Source of the DNA: an uncultured Candidatus Saccharibacteria bacterium
GTDB lineage: Bacteria; Patescibacteriota; Minisyncoccia; Phycocordibacterales; UBA918
NCBI GenBank assembly: GCA_964643955.1
Contig: CAZXUO010000002.1
Coordinates: forward strand, 110,691 to 161,874
Direction of reading: 5' to 3'
DNA length: 51,184 nucleotides
Under the pieces are notes generated by a model. It saw only the letters and a list, made by a program, of their open reading frames with translations. It did no database searches and was not told the DNA's origin. This document shows, one piece after another, positions 1 to 13,689 of this stretch (positions are counted from its first letter, which is position 1; every line of letters starts with the position of its first letter). The translations under genes were made by a program, and so were the position numbers.

Positions 1-1782
1 GTTGAGAAGGGCGTGGTGACGGAAGACATCGTGTACCTCAACGCGCACGAAGAAGAAAACCACACGATTGCGCATGCTGCCGTTGAAGTAGATGAAAAAG
101 GAAAGATCGTTCCTGACATGATTGAGGTCCGTCGCAATGGTGAGCCGCATGTTGTGAAGAAAAACGAAGTTGACTACATGGACATCGCGACAAACCAAGG
201 TTTTTCGGTTGCGACCTCAATGATTCCATTCCTCAACCACGACGACGCAAACCGCGCACTCATGGGTTCAAACATGCAGAAGCAGGCAACACCATGTCTC
301 GTACAGGAGGTGCCGCTTGTTGCAACAGGTATTGAAGAGCTCGCTGCACGCGACACGGGCCGCATCGTGATTGCAAAAGAAGCAGGTGAGGTCACAGCGG
401 TTGATGCAAAGCACATCATCGTGAAGGGCAAGGATGGAAAGTCGACGACGTACCCACTCACGGTTTTCCAAAAGACGAACGACTTCTCTGCGTTCTATCA
501 CCGACCACAGGTTTCGCTCGGTCAGATGGTAAAGCGCGGTGATCTTCTCGCTGACACTTCAAGTACCGACCAGGGACAGATCGCGGTTGGTCAGAATGCA
601 CTCGTCGCCTTCATGAGTTGGTCAGGTGCAAACTACGAAGACGCGATCATCATCTCTGAGCGTCTCGCAAAGCAGAGCAAGTTCTCAACCATTCACATGG
701 ATGAGCTCGAAGTCTCGGTGCGCGATACGAAGCTCGGACCTGAAGTTACGACACCCGACATTCCAAACGTATCAGAGCAGAAGCTCCGCAACCTCGATGA
801 GACCGGTATCATCCGCATCGGTGCAGAGGTACGTCCGGGCGATATTCTCGTCGGTAAGGTAACACCAAAAGGCGAGACACAGCTTACACCAGAAGAGCGT
901 CTCCTCCGCTCAATCTTCGGCGAGAAGGCAAAGGATGTAAAAGATACCTCACTTCGTCTTGAAGCAGGTAAGCGCGGTCGCATCATTGGTGTGAAAGTAT
1001 TTTCACGCGAGCAGGGTGACCAACTCGAGAGTGGTGTTATCAAGCGTATTCACATTACGATTGCGCAGGTCCGCAACGTCTCAGTCGGCGATAAGCTCGC
1101 GGGTCGTCACGGTAACAAGGGCGTGATCTCACGCATTCTTCCTGAAGAAGACATGCCATACACCGAAGATGGAAAGCCAATCGATATCATTCTCACACCA
1201 CTCGGCGTGCCGAGCCGTATGAACCTCGGACAGATTCTCGAGCTTCACCTCGGTATGGCTGCACACACACTCGGCTACCAGGCAATCGTTCCGCCATTTG
1301 CGGGCGCAACTGAAGAAGAGATTAAAGAAGAGCTCGTCAAAGCAGGACTTCCCGAAGACGGCAAGCTCTGGCTCCGTGATGGTCGCACCGGCGAGCAGTT
1401 TGGACAGAAGATCGCAGTCGGCTACATGTACATCTTGAAACTCCATCACATGGTGGAAGACAAGATTCACATGCGCTCAATTGGACCCTACTCGCTCATT
1501 ACGCAGCAGCCGCTCGGCGGAAAGGCGCAGGTCGGAGGTCAGCGTTTCGGAGAAATGGAAGTGTGGGCACTCCTCGGTTACGGCGCAGCATATACGCTCC
1601 GCGAGATGCTCACGATCAAGTCAGACGATATCGTTGGTCGTTCGGCCGCATTTGATGCGATTGTCCGTGGCGAACGCATTAGTCATCCGCACACACCCGC
1701 TTCGTTCAACGTGCTCGTTAATCAGCTCCGTGGTCTCGCACTCGATGTCGATCTCAGGCGAGAGGACGGTCGTCGCTTTTAG
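1..1782 (+). CDS. rpoB: RNA polymerase beta subunit, C-terminal part (5' end outside the window)
   Basis: ANRALMGSNMQKQA, GDKLAGRHGNKG and GGQRFGEMEVW motifs. Confidence 0.99.
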   Translation, partial: VEKGVVTEDIVYLNAHEEENHTIAHAAVEVDEKGKIVPDMIEVRRNGEPHVVKKNEVDYMDIATNQGFSVATSMIPFLNHDDANRALMGSNMQKQATPCLVQEVPLVATGIEELAARDTGRIVIAKEAGEVTAVDAKHIIVKGKDGKSTTYPLTVFQKTNDFSAFYHRPQVSLGQMVKRGDLLADTSSTDQGQIAVGQNALVAFMSWSGANYEDAIIISERLAKQSKFSTIHMDELEVSVRDTKLGPEVTTPDIPNVSEQKLRNLDETGIIRIGAEVRPGDILVGKVTPKGETQLTPEERLLRSIFGEKAKDVKDTSLRLEAGKRGRIIGVKVFSREQGDQLESGVIKRIHITIAQVRNVSVGDKLAGRHGNKGVISRILPEEDMPYTEDGKPIDIILTPLGVPSRMNLGQILELHLGMAAHTLGYQAIVPPFAGATEEEIKEELVKAGLPEDGKLWLRDGRTGEQFGQKIAVGYMYILKLHHMVEDKIHMRSIGPYSLITQQPLGGKAQVGGQRFGEMEVWALLGYGAAYTLREMLTIKSDDIVGRSAAFDAIVRGERISHPHTPASFNVLVNQLRGLALDVDLRREDGRRF

Positions 1783-1804
1783 TCTTCAACCATAATCATT
1801 ATTT

Positions 1805-5443
<3,639 letters not shown>

Positions 5444-5450
5444 AGAAAAC

Positions 5451-5614
5451 CACACACCGCTCTTCGAGAACAAGAATGCTGCGACACTGAGAAAACAATC
5501 TCGGCATCGCAACGAAAAACGAGAAACTCGCTTTGCTCAGACAGTCTCGTTTTTCTGCTTCGCCTCCTTGTTTTCTAGCGTGTCTTCACAATTGTTCTCT
5601 CAAAGCGGTGTGTG
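5451..5614. repeat. 164-nt imperfect rod-like inverted repeat (candidate structured ncRNA or dispersed palindromic element)
   Basis: Five nested stems: 5451-61/5604-14, 5466-73/5592-99, 5483-87/5580-84, 5490-98/5568-76, 5514-24/5545-55. Confidence 0.75.
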
Positions 5615-5649
5615 TTATCGACGGATAGGAAGAGATATACTCTCACTAT

Positions 5650-7377
5650 ATGGCTACTCCCGTTGAACAAATAAAGGAACGGCTCTCCATCATTGATGTG
5701 GTTGGTTCGTATGTGCAACTGCATAAAGCAGGCCGGCACTTTAAAGGGAAGTCACCGTTCACCAACGAAAAGACACCGTCGTTCTTTGTGTCGCCTGATC
5801 GAGGGATGTACTACTGCTTTTCTTCAGGGAAAGGCGGGGACATCTTTTCGTTCATTCAAGAAATGGAAGGCGTTGATTTCAAAGGTGCGCTCAAGATTCT
5901 CGCGGAGCGGGCGCACGTAGAACTCACGCCAGAAAATCCGCAGAAGCGGACTGAGCGTGAGACGCTCTACGCAATCATCGAAGCCGCAAACGTGTTTTTT
6001 GAGGAAAATCTTCGTGCGCATCCAGAGATCGGCGCGTACCTCAAGAAGCGCGGAGTCTCAGAGCAATCGATCGCAAAATGGCGCATCGGGTATGTGCCGG
6101 ACGAGTGGCGCACGTTGAAAGATCATCTCACCAAGAAAGGATTTAGTGATGAGATGCTCGTGCGCTCGGGACTTGTGAAGCGTTCTGAGGAAGGCAACTC
6201 ACTCTACGACGTCTTTCGCGGACGCGTGATGTTTCCGATCTGTGATCCGTCAGGGCGCGTACTTGCGTTTTCTGGCCGCACGATGTCGTCTGATCCCGCA
6301 CTTCCGAAGTACGTCAATTCTCCTGAGACTGAGCTGTATGAAAAGTCGCATACGCTCTTCGGGTATCATCTCGCAAAACAGAGTATCCGTACGCACAACT
6401 TTTCGCTCGTCGTCGAAGGACAATTCGATCTTGTACTCGCGCATCAGGCAGGATTTACCAACACCGTTGCGATCTCGGGTACGGCACTCTCTGAGCATCA
6501 TTGCGCGCTGCTCGAACGACTTTCAAAACGTGTGGTGCTCGCGCTCGATGCTGATCGCGCAGGAATCAATTCAGTGAAGCGTTCGGCACACATCATGCTT
6601 GCACGTGGTCTCGATGTAAAAGTTGCGGCACTTCCTGAGGGGAAAGATCCAGCGGACCTTGTTGCAGAAGATCCTGCGCTCCTTAAAAATGCGATTCGTA
6701 CAGCGACGACGGTGGTGGAGTTTTTGATCGGCGTGCTGAAGCGCACGTCGCGCGATGAGCGCTCATTTCGTCTCACAGTGCGCGACGAAGTATTGCCGTT
6801 TGTACTCCGTATTCCTGATCGAATTGATCGTGAATACTTTGAGCAAGTCGTGAGTGAGGCGCTCGGTACTACAAAAGACGCGGTGCACTTTGAAGTCGAG
6901 CGACTCGCACAAAGTACACCAATAGAAACCGCTGCAACGAATGACCGTGTTGACTCCGCACCTCGTCCGACTGCTTCGCGTTTTCGGACTGATGAACTGA
7001 CTCGATACATCTATAGTGTCAGTCTCTGGGTCGATACGCAGCCAGAGAAGGGTGGTGATGAGTTGCGCCGCGAACTCGAATCAGCAATTGGTGAAGATGC
7101 GTGGCGGACGCTCGCCGATATGTCGGAAGAAGAGAAGAATGGATTACTGTTTACTATTGAGCGAGAGAGCGAGACGTTGACGCTCGGTGCACTCCGTGCA
7201 CAGGCAGACGAATATTTGAGGGAGGTGCGGGTGAGGACATTGAAGCGCCGCCTCGGCGATGCGCGGGAAAAGCTTCGAGAGGCCGAGGCGGCGCATGACG
7301 ACGCGCTCATCGCGACCTACCTTGCAGAGTGTTCAGATATACAGAAGCGTTTAAGTACCGAAGGGGAGGCGCGCTAG
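5650..7377 (+). CDS. dnaG: DNA primase
   Basis: EKTPSF N-terminal domain, [22 protein letters not shown] and [14 protein letters not shown]. Confidence 0.98.
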   Translation: MATPVEQIKERLSIIDVVGSYVQLHKAGRHFKGKSPFTNEKTPSFFVSPDRGMYYCFSSGKGGDIFSFIQEMEGVDFKGALKILAERAHVELTPENPQKRTERETLYAIIEAANVFFEENLRAHPEIGAYLKKRGVSEQSIAKWRIGYVPDEWRTLKDHLTKKGFSDEMLVRSGLVKRSEEGNSLYDVFRGRVMFPICDPSGRVLAFSGRTMSSDPALPKYVNSPETELYEKSHTLFGYHLAKQSIRTHNFSLVVEGQFDLVLAHQAGFTNTVAISGTALSEHHCALLERLSKRVVLALDADRAGINSVKRSAHIMLARGLDVKVAALPEGKDPADLVAEDPALLKNAIRTATTVVEFLIGVLKRTSRDERSFRLTVRDEVLPFVLRIPDRIDREYFEQVVSEALGTTKDAVHFEVERLAQSTPIETAATNDRVDSAPRPTASRFRTDELTRYIYSVSLWVDTQPEKGGDELRRELESAIGEDAWRTLADMSEEEKNGLLFTIERESETLTLGALRAQADEYLREVRVRTLKRRLGDAREKLREAEAAHDDALIATYLAECSDIQKRLSTEGEAR

Positions 7378-7420
7378 ATTATTTACTCGTCTTGTGTATA
7401 GTAGGGATAATTATAATGCT

Positions 7421-8698
7421 ATGAAAAAGGCGACCAGAAAGAAGGTAGTTGCGAAGAAGAAAGTAGCTAAAAAAGTTTCAAAAGTGAAGCGTACAGCCTC
7501 AAAACAGGCTGTCAAAAAGGTCGCCAAAAAGACCCCGAAAAAGAAAGTAGCCAAAAAGGTGGTCAAGAAAACTGCCAAGAAAGCAGTAAAGAAAGTGGCG
7601 CCAAAGCCTATCGTCAAGAAGCGTGTCTCAAAGGGGGATGAGGCCAAAGCGGTAGAGCTTGTGGAGAAAGGCCGCGCGCGTGGCTACATCACATACGACG
7701 AAATTCTTCGTGCATTCCCAACAATCGAAAACAATGTCGACTTCTTGGACGAGCTCTATGAGCGTCTCTCGGTCGCATCAATCGACGTACTTGAGTCGGG
7801 CGGTATGCTTGGTGAGGATTTGAGCGAAGGACTTCTCGATAAGCGCAACATCTATCGTCGCAGCGACAATGGTTACGACTCTATTCAGATGTATCTCCGC
7901 GAAATCGGCCAGTACCCACTCCTCAATGCATCACAAGAACGAGAGCTTGCGAAGCGTATCCTTGATGGTGATGGAGAAGCACGTAATTTGCTTGCGCGCG
8001 CAAACCTCCGTCTCGTCGTTTCAATCGCAAAGAAATATGCAGGACGAAGTCCTGACCTCACACTTCTCGACCTTATTCAGGAGGGGAACCTCGGTCTCTT
8101 TAAGGCCGTTGATAAATTCGATTTCACGAAGGGCTTTAAGTTTTCAACGTACGCAACATGGTGGATTCGTCAGGCGATCACGCGTGCACTCGCGGACCAA
8201 TCACGCACCATCCGTATCCCCGTACACATGGTTGAGACAATGGCAAAATACAAGCAAGTCTCGCGCCGTCTTTCACAAGACCTCGGTCGCGATCCGATGC
8301 CTGAAGAGATTGCAACAGAAATGGGAATTGAGGTAGAGAAGGTATACCAGATTGAAAAGATTAGTCAGGATACCATTTCGCTTGAAATGCCGATTGGTGA
8401 CGATGATGATCGCTCACGTCTCTCGGACTTTATCTCAGACGATAAGATCATCTCACCTGATCAAGAAGTTGCGCACCGTATCCTCGCAGATCAGATGCAG
8501 GAGATTCTCGGTACGCTCTCAGAGAAGGAGCGAAAGATTCTTGAGATGCGCCACGGTCTACTCGATGGTACGTACCATACGCTCGAAGAGGTGGGTAAGG
8601 AGTTCGGTGTGACGCGTGAACGTATTCGCCAGATTGAAGCAAAGGCGCTCGAAAAGATTCGCCAGCACGAAAAAGCACGCCGCTTGAAGAGCTATTAA
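7421..8698 (+). CDS. rpoD: Primary sigma-70 factor with Lys/Ala/Val-rich N-terminal extension
   Basis: [34 protein letters not shown] and TRERIRQIE motifs; ATG at 7421 preferred over the track's GTG at 7394. Confidence 0.97.
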   Translation: MKKATRKKVVAKKKVAKKVSKVKRTASKQAVKKVAKKTPKKKVAKKVVKKTAKKAVKKVAPKPIVKKRVSKGDEAKAVELVEKGRARGYITYDEILRAFPTIENNVDFLDELYERLSVASIDVLESGGMLGEDLSEGLLDKRNIYRRSDNGYDSIQMYLREIGQYPLLNASQERELAKRILDGDGEARNLLARANLRLVVSIAKKYAGRSPDLTLLDLIQEGNLGLFKAVDKFDFTKGFKFSTYATWWIRQAITRALADQSRTIRIPVHMVETMAKYKQVSRRLSQDLGRDPMPEEIATEMGIEVEKVYQIEKISQDTISLEMPIGDDDDRSRLSDFISDDKIISPDQEVAHRILADQMQEILGTLSEKERKILEMRHGLLDGTYHTLEEVGKEFGVTRERIRQIEAKALEKIRQHEKARRLKSY

Positions 8699-8705
8699 TA
8701 GAGCC

Positions 8706-8732
8706 AAAAAAGCCGCCTCGGGCGGCTTTTTT
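8706..8732. terminator. Intrinsic terminator after rpoD
   Basis: AAAAAA-GCCGCC-tcg-GGCGGC-TTTTTT. Confidence 0.9.
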
Positions 8733-8785
8733 GATATGCAAGATAAGGTCTTCCCATATACAGCGTCGGTGGTATACTCATTCTC

Positions 8786-9232
8786 GTGAAGCAGCAAGCA
8801 TCAAAGGATATCGTTGTTGCCGGGCTTATCACCGATACGCTCGGCCGCATCCTGATCGTAAAGCCTGACCATAAGGACGGGTGGATTTTCCCGGGTGGCT
8901 ACGTCGAGGTTGGTGAAGCACCAAGTAGCGCGTTTACGCGCGAAATGGCTGCGGAGCTCGGCGTTGAGGTCCCGGGACCTGTCAGACTTTTGAGCGTTGA
9001 CTACCGCGGTCTCAATGACGAGTACGTCATGTTTATCTTCGATGGGGGCACCTTCACTGACGATTTGATCGCCTCGATCAAACTTCCGCCGCAGTTACTC
9101 AAATTCCGGTTCGTATCAGTGGAGGAGGCGTCAACAATGCTTCGTGCCAACAGTGCGCGGCGACTTATGCCGACACTTGAGGCACGCAACAAAACAGGTA
9201 TTGCCTACCTAGAACATCAAGAGCTCCTGTAA
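8786..9232 (+). CDS. NUDIX hydrolase
   Basis: Nudix box GYVEVGEAPSSAFTREMAAELGV (one Glu replaced by Ala); TATACT 7 nt upstream of the GTG. Confidence 0.9.
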   Translation: MKQQASKDIVVAGLITDTLGRILIVKPDHKDGWIFPGGYVEVGEAPSSAFTREMAAELGVEVPGPVRLLSVDYRGLNDEYVMFIFDGGTFTDDLIASIKLPPQLLKFRFVSVEEASTMLRANSARRLMPTLEARNKTGIAYLEHQELL

Positions 9233-9259
9233 ACCGATTCGATAGTGATCGAATCAGTT
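9232..9259 (+). terminator. Hairpin after the NUDIX gene
   Basis: AACCGATTCGAT-agtg-ATCGAATCAGTT with one mismatch; T-rich tract about 8 nt downstream. Confidence 0.5.
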
Positions 9260-9340
9260 CGCGGGCGTTTTTGTTTCTGTGTTCTCCTGTAGGTTATCCA
9301 GTCGACTTATTATTCCTGTAGTTTTTATTGTCTATATATT

Positions 9341-10621
9341 ATGGTTCTCGCTATTATTGCAAGTCTGATTTTCGTGGCGGGTTATATCTTGATCACGCTT
9401 GAGCACTATTGGAAGGTAAATAAATCAATCACTGCGACAGCGCTTGCGGCGATTTTGTGGGGCATTATTGCGCTCGCTGGTCTTGATGTACACGCAATTG
9501 AGGGGGCACTCCATCTCATCTCTGCTGAGACATTCTCGCTCGTCGTGTTCCTTCTTGCGGCAATGACGTTGGTGGAAATCCTCGTTCACTACCGCTTCTT
9601 TGATCTTCTGCGGACAAAACTTTTTGCACTTGGATTAAAAGATACCGCCCAGCTCATACTTATCTCGACAATTGCTTTCTTCCTTTCAGCTATTATCGAC
9701 AACCTTACGACGACTATTGTGATGGTACAAATCGCACGTCGATTCTTTAAAGGACACAATTTGCTCGTGGCGGCGGGAGCAATCGTCGTTGCAGCAAATG
9801 CCGGCGGCGCATTCTCTCCAGTGGGTGACGTGACGACGATCATGATTTGGCTCGCAGGAAAGTTTACTGCGCTCGAGATTATTGCATGGGGATTCCTTCC
9901 CGCGCTCAGCATCTTCGTCGTGAGTATGTTCCTGTTTGTGCGACAGATGAAGCGCGACAGTGGTGACGAGGAAATGACGAAGCAGGAGGCAGTCTCACTC
10001 ACGCCATCTGAAAAGACGGTGATCACGCTCTCATTCGCTTCATTCATACTTCCGGTACTCGCGCACCTCGCTGGTTTGCCACCATTTATGGGTCTCTTGC
10101 TCGGCGTTGGTATCGTGGGACTTACGATTGGTTGGTTTGCAAATACCGCGCGTCATCGCGAGTCGCACCTCTCAATGGAGATTGAGCGTTTGCTCGGAAA
10201 ACTCGATATCACGAGCCTCCTATTCTTCATCGGTATTCTTTTCGCAGTTGGTGCGCTCAACTTCCTTGGAGTACTTGATTTTGTTTCGCACAATCTCTTT
10301 GGACCTGATCCTGCGATATCAAGACTTATTGCCGGTAGCGTACTGCTTGGCGTCTTCTCAGCGCTTGTCGACAACATCCCACTCACAGCTGCTGCGCTCG
10401 ACATCCTTCAGACAACGGACTCTCGCATTTGGGTACTTCTCGCACTCTGTGTCGGTACGGGTGGTTCTATGCTTGTGATTGGATCAGCGGCGGGCGTGGT
10501 AGCGATGGGTATGGTAAAGGATCTCAGCTTTAAGCAATTCCTCCGTATTGCCACGATTCCTGCTGCGGTTGGATATTTTGCAGGTATCTTCGTGTGGTAC
10601 ATCCAGTACCTCCTCTTTTAG
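9341..10621 (+). CDS. nhaD: Na+/H+ antiporter, NhaD/IT superfamily
   Basis: Multi-TM protein with IDNLTTT, ANAGGAFSPVGDVTT, DNIPL and GTGGSMLVIGSAAGV motifs. Confidence 0.85.
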   Translation: MVLAIIASLIFVAGYILITLEHYWKVNKSITATALAAILWGIIALAGLDVHAIEGALHLISAETFSLVVFLLAAMTLVEILVHYRFFDLLRTKLFALGLKDTAQLILISTIAFFLSAIIDNLTTTIVMVQIARRFFKGHNLLVAAGAIVVAANAGGAFSPVGDVTTIMIWLAGKFTALEIIAWGFLPALSIFVVSMFLFVRQMKRDSGDEEMTKQEAVSLTPSEKTVITLSFASFILPVLAHLAGLPPFMGLLLGVGIVGLTIGWFANTARHRESHLSMEIERLLGKLDITSLLFFIGILFAVGALNFLGVLDFVSHNLFGPDPAISRLIAGSVLLGVFSALVDNIPLTAAALDILQTTDSRIWVLLALCVGTGGSMLVIGSAAGVVAMGMVKDLSFKQFLRIATIPAAVGYFAGIFVWYIQYLLF

Positions 10622-10665
10622 TGGTTGCTGTCCAGTCGAAGGAGGTCCGCGTATAATGGATCTCT

Positions 10666-13600
10666 ATGGTGTCAGAAAATACGAGCATGTCCGCATTTAC
10701 GGAAGCCTACGCTCGGCTTAATGCTGCGCAGAAAAAAGCGGTTGATACGATCGAAGGGCCGGTGATGGTGATCGCGGGCCCAGGGACCGGCAAGACGCAG
10801 ATATTGGCACTCAGAATTGCCAATATCATACAGAAGACGGATACGAGTCCTTCAAGTATTCTCGCGCTCACGTTTACTGAGAGTGGAGTGGCGTCGATGC
10901 GTGCGCGGCTCGTATCGCTCATGGGGCAGGAAGGATACCGCGTGCGTATCCATACATTTCATGGATTCTGTAACGAGGTGATCAGAATGTATCCTGATCG
11001 ATTTCCCTCAATCATCGGGCGCGTCCCTTTGATAGAGCTTGATGCAATCCGTATCATTAAAACGATCATTGATGATACGCGCCCGAAGCTTTTGCGTCCG
11101 CACGGGAAGCCGGATTTTTATGTACGGGACATCATCGGCAAGATTTCAGAAACAAAGCGCGAGCACGTGACGCCGGACACGCTCCTCGAACGTGTTGCGG
11201 ATCGAAAAAAGATCATCGAAGGTGCTGATGATCTCTATCACACCAAAGGCGCTCACGTCGGCAAGATGAAGGGGCACTATATAAAAGAGCTCGCGTCACT
11301 TGAAAAAGCACTGGAGTTTGTTGAAGTGTATCGGCAGTATGAGACTGCGCTCGAGGCAAATGGTTTCTATGATTTTGATGACACGATTATTGCGGTCATT
11401 GAAGCACTTGCGCGCGACGAAGAACTCAAGCTCATGGTGCAAGAAGAGCACCAGTACATTCTTGCGGATGAGCACCAAGATGCCAATGGTAGTCAGAATG
11501 AGCTCCTCACGCTTTTGTCTGATTTTCATACGCAGCCCAATCTTTTTGTGGTAGGTGATGAGAAGCAGGCGATTTATCGATTTCAAGGGGCGTCACTTGA
11601 GAATTTCTTTTCGTTTACTCGGCAGTATCCGGGCGCGGTCGTCATACCGCTGTCTGATAACTACCGCTCGACGCAGAATATTCTTGATGCAGCGCATGCA
11701 CTCATTGAGCGATCAGGCGGTGATGCAACGATAGAGCGCGTACGTCTCTCTGCATGCGCATTACACGAAGCGGTTCCGGTTGCAGCGTTTTGTGCGCCCG
11801 AAGAAGACACGGAGCATGCGTATATCGCAGAGCGCGTCGCGGACTTGATCTCATGTGGTACAGCGCCGCATGAGATTGCAATACTCGTGCGGCGTAATGC
11901 AGATGTGGCGCCCGTTGCAGCTGCACTCGCACGACGTACGATCCCGTATCGAGCAACGGGCGATGATCCCGTACTCACACACCCTGTTATCCGCGGTTTC
12001 AGAAATTTCCTCGCCGCTGTTGCGGAGTTTGGTGACGATACAAAACTGTTTTCAGCTCTCACACTTCCGTATTCAGGTATCTCGACACTCGATGTGTATC
12101 GACTTTCGCACATACGAAGGAATGGCGAAGGATCGCTGGTTGCTGCGCTCGGTGACCGGCGAGCGCTCTCTGAAGCGGGGGTTGAGGATATTGACGCGTG
12201 TATTGCATTTAGAGCGGTACTTGAAGAGAGCACGCGAGCGCTCGCCGAGATGCCGCTTGCCGCTGCAGTCGAGCGTATGCTCTGGCGCTCTGGCTGTATG
12301 ACGTATGTACTTGCGCAACCTGACTCACTTTCTGTACTTGAGATACTGCGTACTTTTTTCAGATATGTCACGGCGCTTTCAGATGCACACGAAGGATACC
12401 GACTCCTTGATATCTTGCATGCGCTCGACGAGGCAGAGCTCTATCGGCTTGCACTCAAAGCGCCGACCGCGCGCTCAGCGCGCGCGGTCGCAATCATGAC
12501 CGCACATCGATCAAAAGGCATGGAGTTTGATCATGTATTTATTCCGCATGTGCATGATCGCGGGTGGGGTTCGAAGCGTTCGATCGATCGCATCGCATTA
12601 CCGCTTTTTGAAACGATAGAGGGTGGCGAAGAAGATGATGAGCGGCGACTTTTTTATGTGGCGATGACGCGCGCACGAAAGACGCTCACACTCTCGTATG
12701 CAGCACAGAGCCTTGATGGTACGCTCCAGATACCATCGCGTTTTCTTGAGGAATTAAAAGAAGGCGCCCATGCGACTGAAGAGATGATCGATGCGTCGGT
12801 ACCGTTTTTTGTTGCACCGACTGAAGGAGTGGTACAGACAGTGCTTAGTGATGAGGAGAAAAAATATTTGCGTGATCGACTAACGACGCAAGGTCTCTCG
12901 GTATCAGCACTTAATAATTATCTCGAGACTCCGTGGAAGTATTTCTTCATGAATCTCGTGCGTGTACCACAAGCGCGCGTCCCGCATCTGCTGTACGGAA
13001 GCGCGATCGATGAGGCACTCAAATGGTATACGAATGAGCGCGCATCAGAGCGCGCGCCTGAGGCAGAGGAGGTTATTCGCGTGTTTGTCCATGCACTCGG
13101 AAAACTTCCGATGGTGAAGAAGGATTTTGATACGTATCGCGCAAGGGGCGTTGAAGCACTGACCGGATATCACGCGCAGTATGCTGCAAGCTGGTACGCG
13201 CACGCAGAGAGCGCAGTCACCATCAAAGTACCGTTTGAAACAGGTATTCCCGATATGCCAACAATCATCCTTCGTGGTGAACTCGACAAAGTCGAGCATC
13301 TCTCAGACGGAGTGATTCGAGTAGTAGATTACAAGACGGGATCGCCAAAGACGCGTGGAGAAATAGAAGGAACGACCAAAACCTCAAATGGCAATCTCAA
13401 ACGCCAGCTCGTATTTTATAAATTGCTTGTGGAGCGTGATGAGGCACGAAGGTGGAGGACTGATGAGGGCGTCCTTGATTTTGTTGAGCCTGATAAAAAG
13501 GGGAAGTACCACCGAGAGGAATTTTCACTCACGAGCGATTCAGTCACCGAACTTGAAGTAGTCGTCCGAGATGCGCTTCGCGGAATCTACGATTTCACTT

Positions 13601-13689
13601 TTTGGGATACACCGTGCACGAAAGAAGACTGGAGCGCTGAGGGCGTTGCGCTCATCGAAGCGATCAAGAATAGGAAACCGAGCTACTGA
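10666..13689 (+). CDS. UvrD/PcrA-family SF1 helicase fused to a C-terminal PD-(D/E)XK nuclease
   Basis: AGPGTGKT, DEHQD, VGDEKQAIYRFQGA, HRSKGMEF, ERRLFYVAMTRA; C-terminal GELDKVE...VVDYKTG. Confidence 0.92.
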   Translation: MVSENTSMSAFTEAYARLNAAQKKAVDTIEGPVMVIAGPGTGKTQILALRIANIIQKTDTSPSSILALTFTESGVASMRARLVSLMGQEGYRVRIHTFHGFCNEVIRMYPDRFPSIIGRVPLIELDAIRIIKTIIDDTRPKLLRPHGKPDFYVRDIIGKISETKREHVTPDTLLERVADRKKIIEGADDLYHTKGAHVGKMKGHYIKELASLEKALEFVEVYRQYETALEANGFYDFDDTIIAVIEALARDEELKLMVQEEHQYILADEHQDANGSQNELLTLLSDFHTQPNLFVVGDEKQAIYRFQGASLENFFSFTRQYPGAVVIPLSDNYRSTQNILDAAHALIERSGGDATIERVRLSACALHEAVPVAAFCAPEEDTEHAYIAERVADLISCGTAPHEIAILVRRNADVAPVAAALARRTIPYRATGDDPVLTHPVIRGFRNFLAAVAEFGDDTKLFSALTLPYSGISTLDVYRLSHIRRNGEGSLVAALGDRRALSEAGVEDIDACIAFRAVLEESTRALAEMPLAAAVERMLWRSGCMTYVLAQPDSLSVLEILRTFFRYVTALSDAHEGYRLLDILHALDEAELYRLALKAPTARSARAVAIMTAHRSKGMEFDHVFIPHVHDRGWGSKRSIDRIALPLFETIEGGEEDDERRLFYVAMTRARKTLTLSYAAQSLDGTLQIPSRFLEELKEGAHATEEMIDASVPFFVAPTEGVVQTVLSDEEKKYLRDRLTTQGLSVSALNNYLETPWKYFFMNLVRVPQARVPHLLYGSAIDEALKWYTNERASERAPEAEEVIRVFVHALGKLPMVKKDFDTYRARGVEALTGYHAQYAASWYAHAESAVTIKVPFETGIPDMPTIILRGELDKVEHLSDGVIRVVDYKTGSPKTRGEIEGTTKTSNGNLKRQLVFYKLLVERDEARRWRTDEGVLDFVEPDKKGKYHREEFSLTSDSVTELEVVVRDALRGIYDFTFWDTPCTKEDWSAEGVALIEAIKNRKPSY

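Noticed and set aside
8890-8970. Inactive NUDIX because of REMAAELG
   Set aside because: Only the E56-equivalent is replaced; the E53 and E57 equivalents remain, so loss of function is not supported
9260-9340. Na+/Li+ riboswitch upstream of nhaD
   Set aside because: I could not match a known consensus by eye; it would need an Rfam covariance search
10639-10646. Perfect AAGGAGGT SD before the UvrD-nuclease gene
   Set aside because: It is 19 nt from the ATG and upstream of the TATAAT box, so it is unlikely to function
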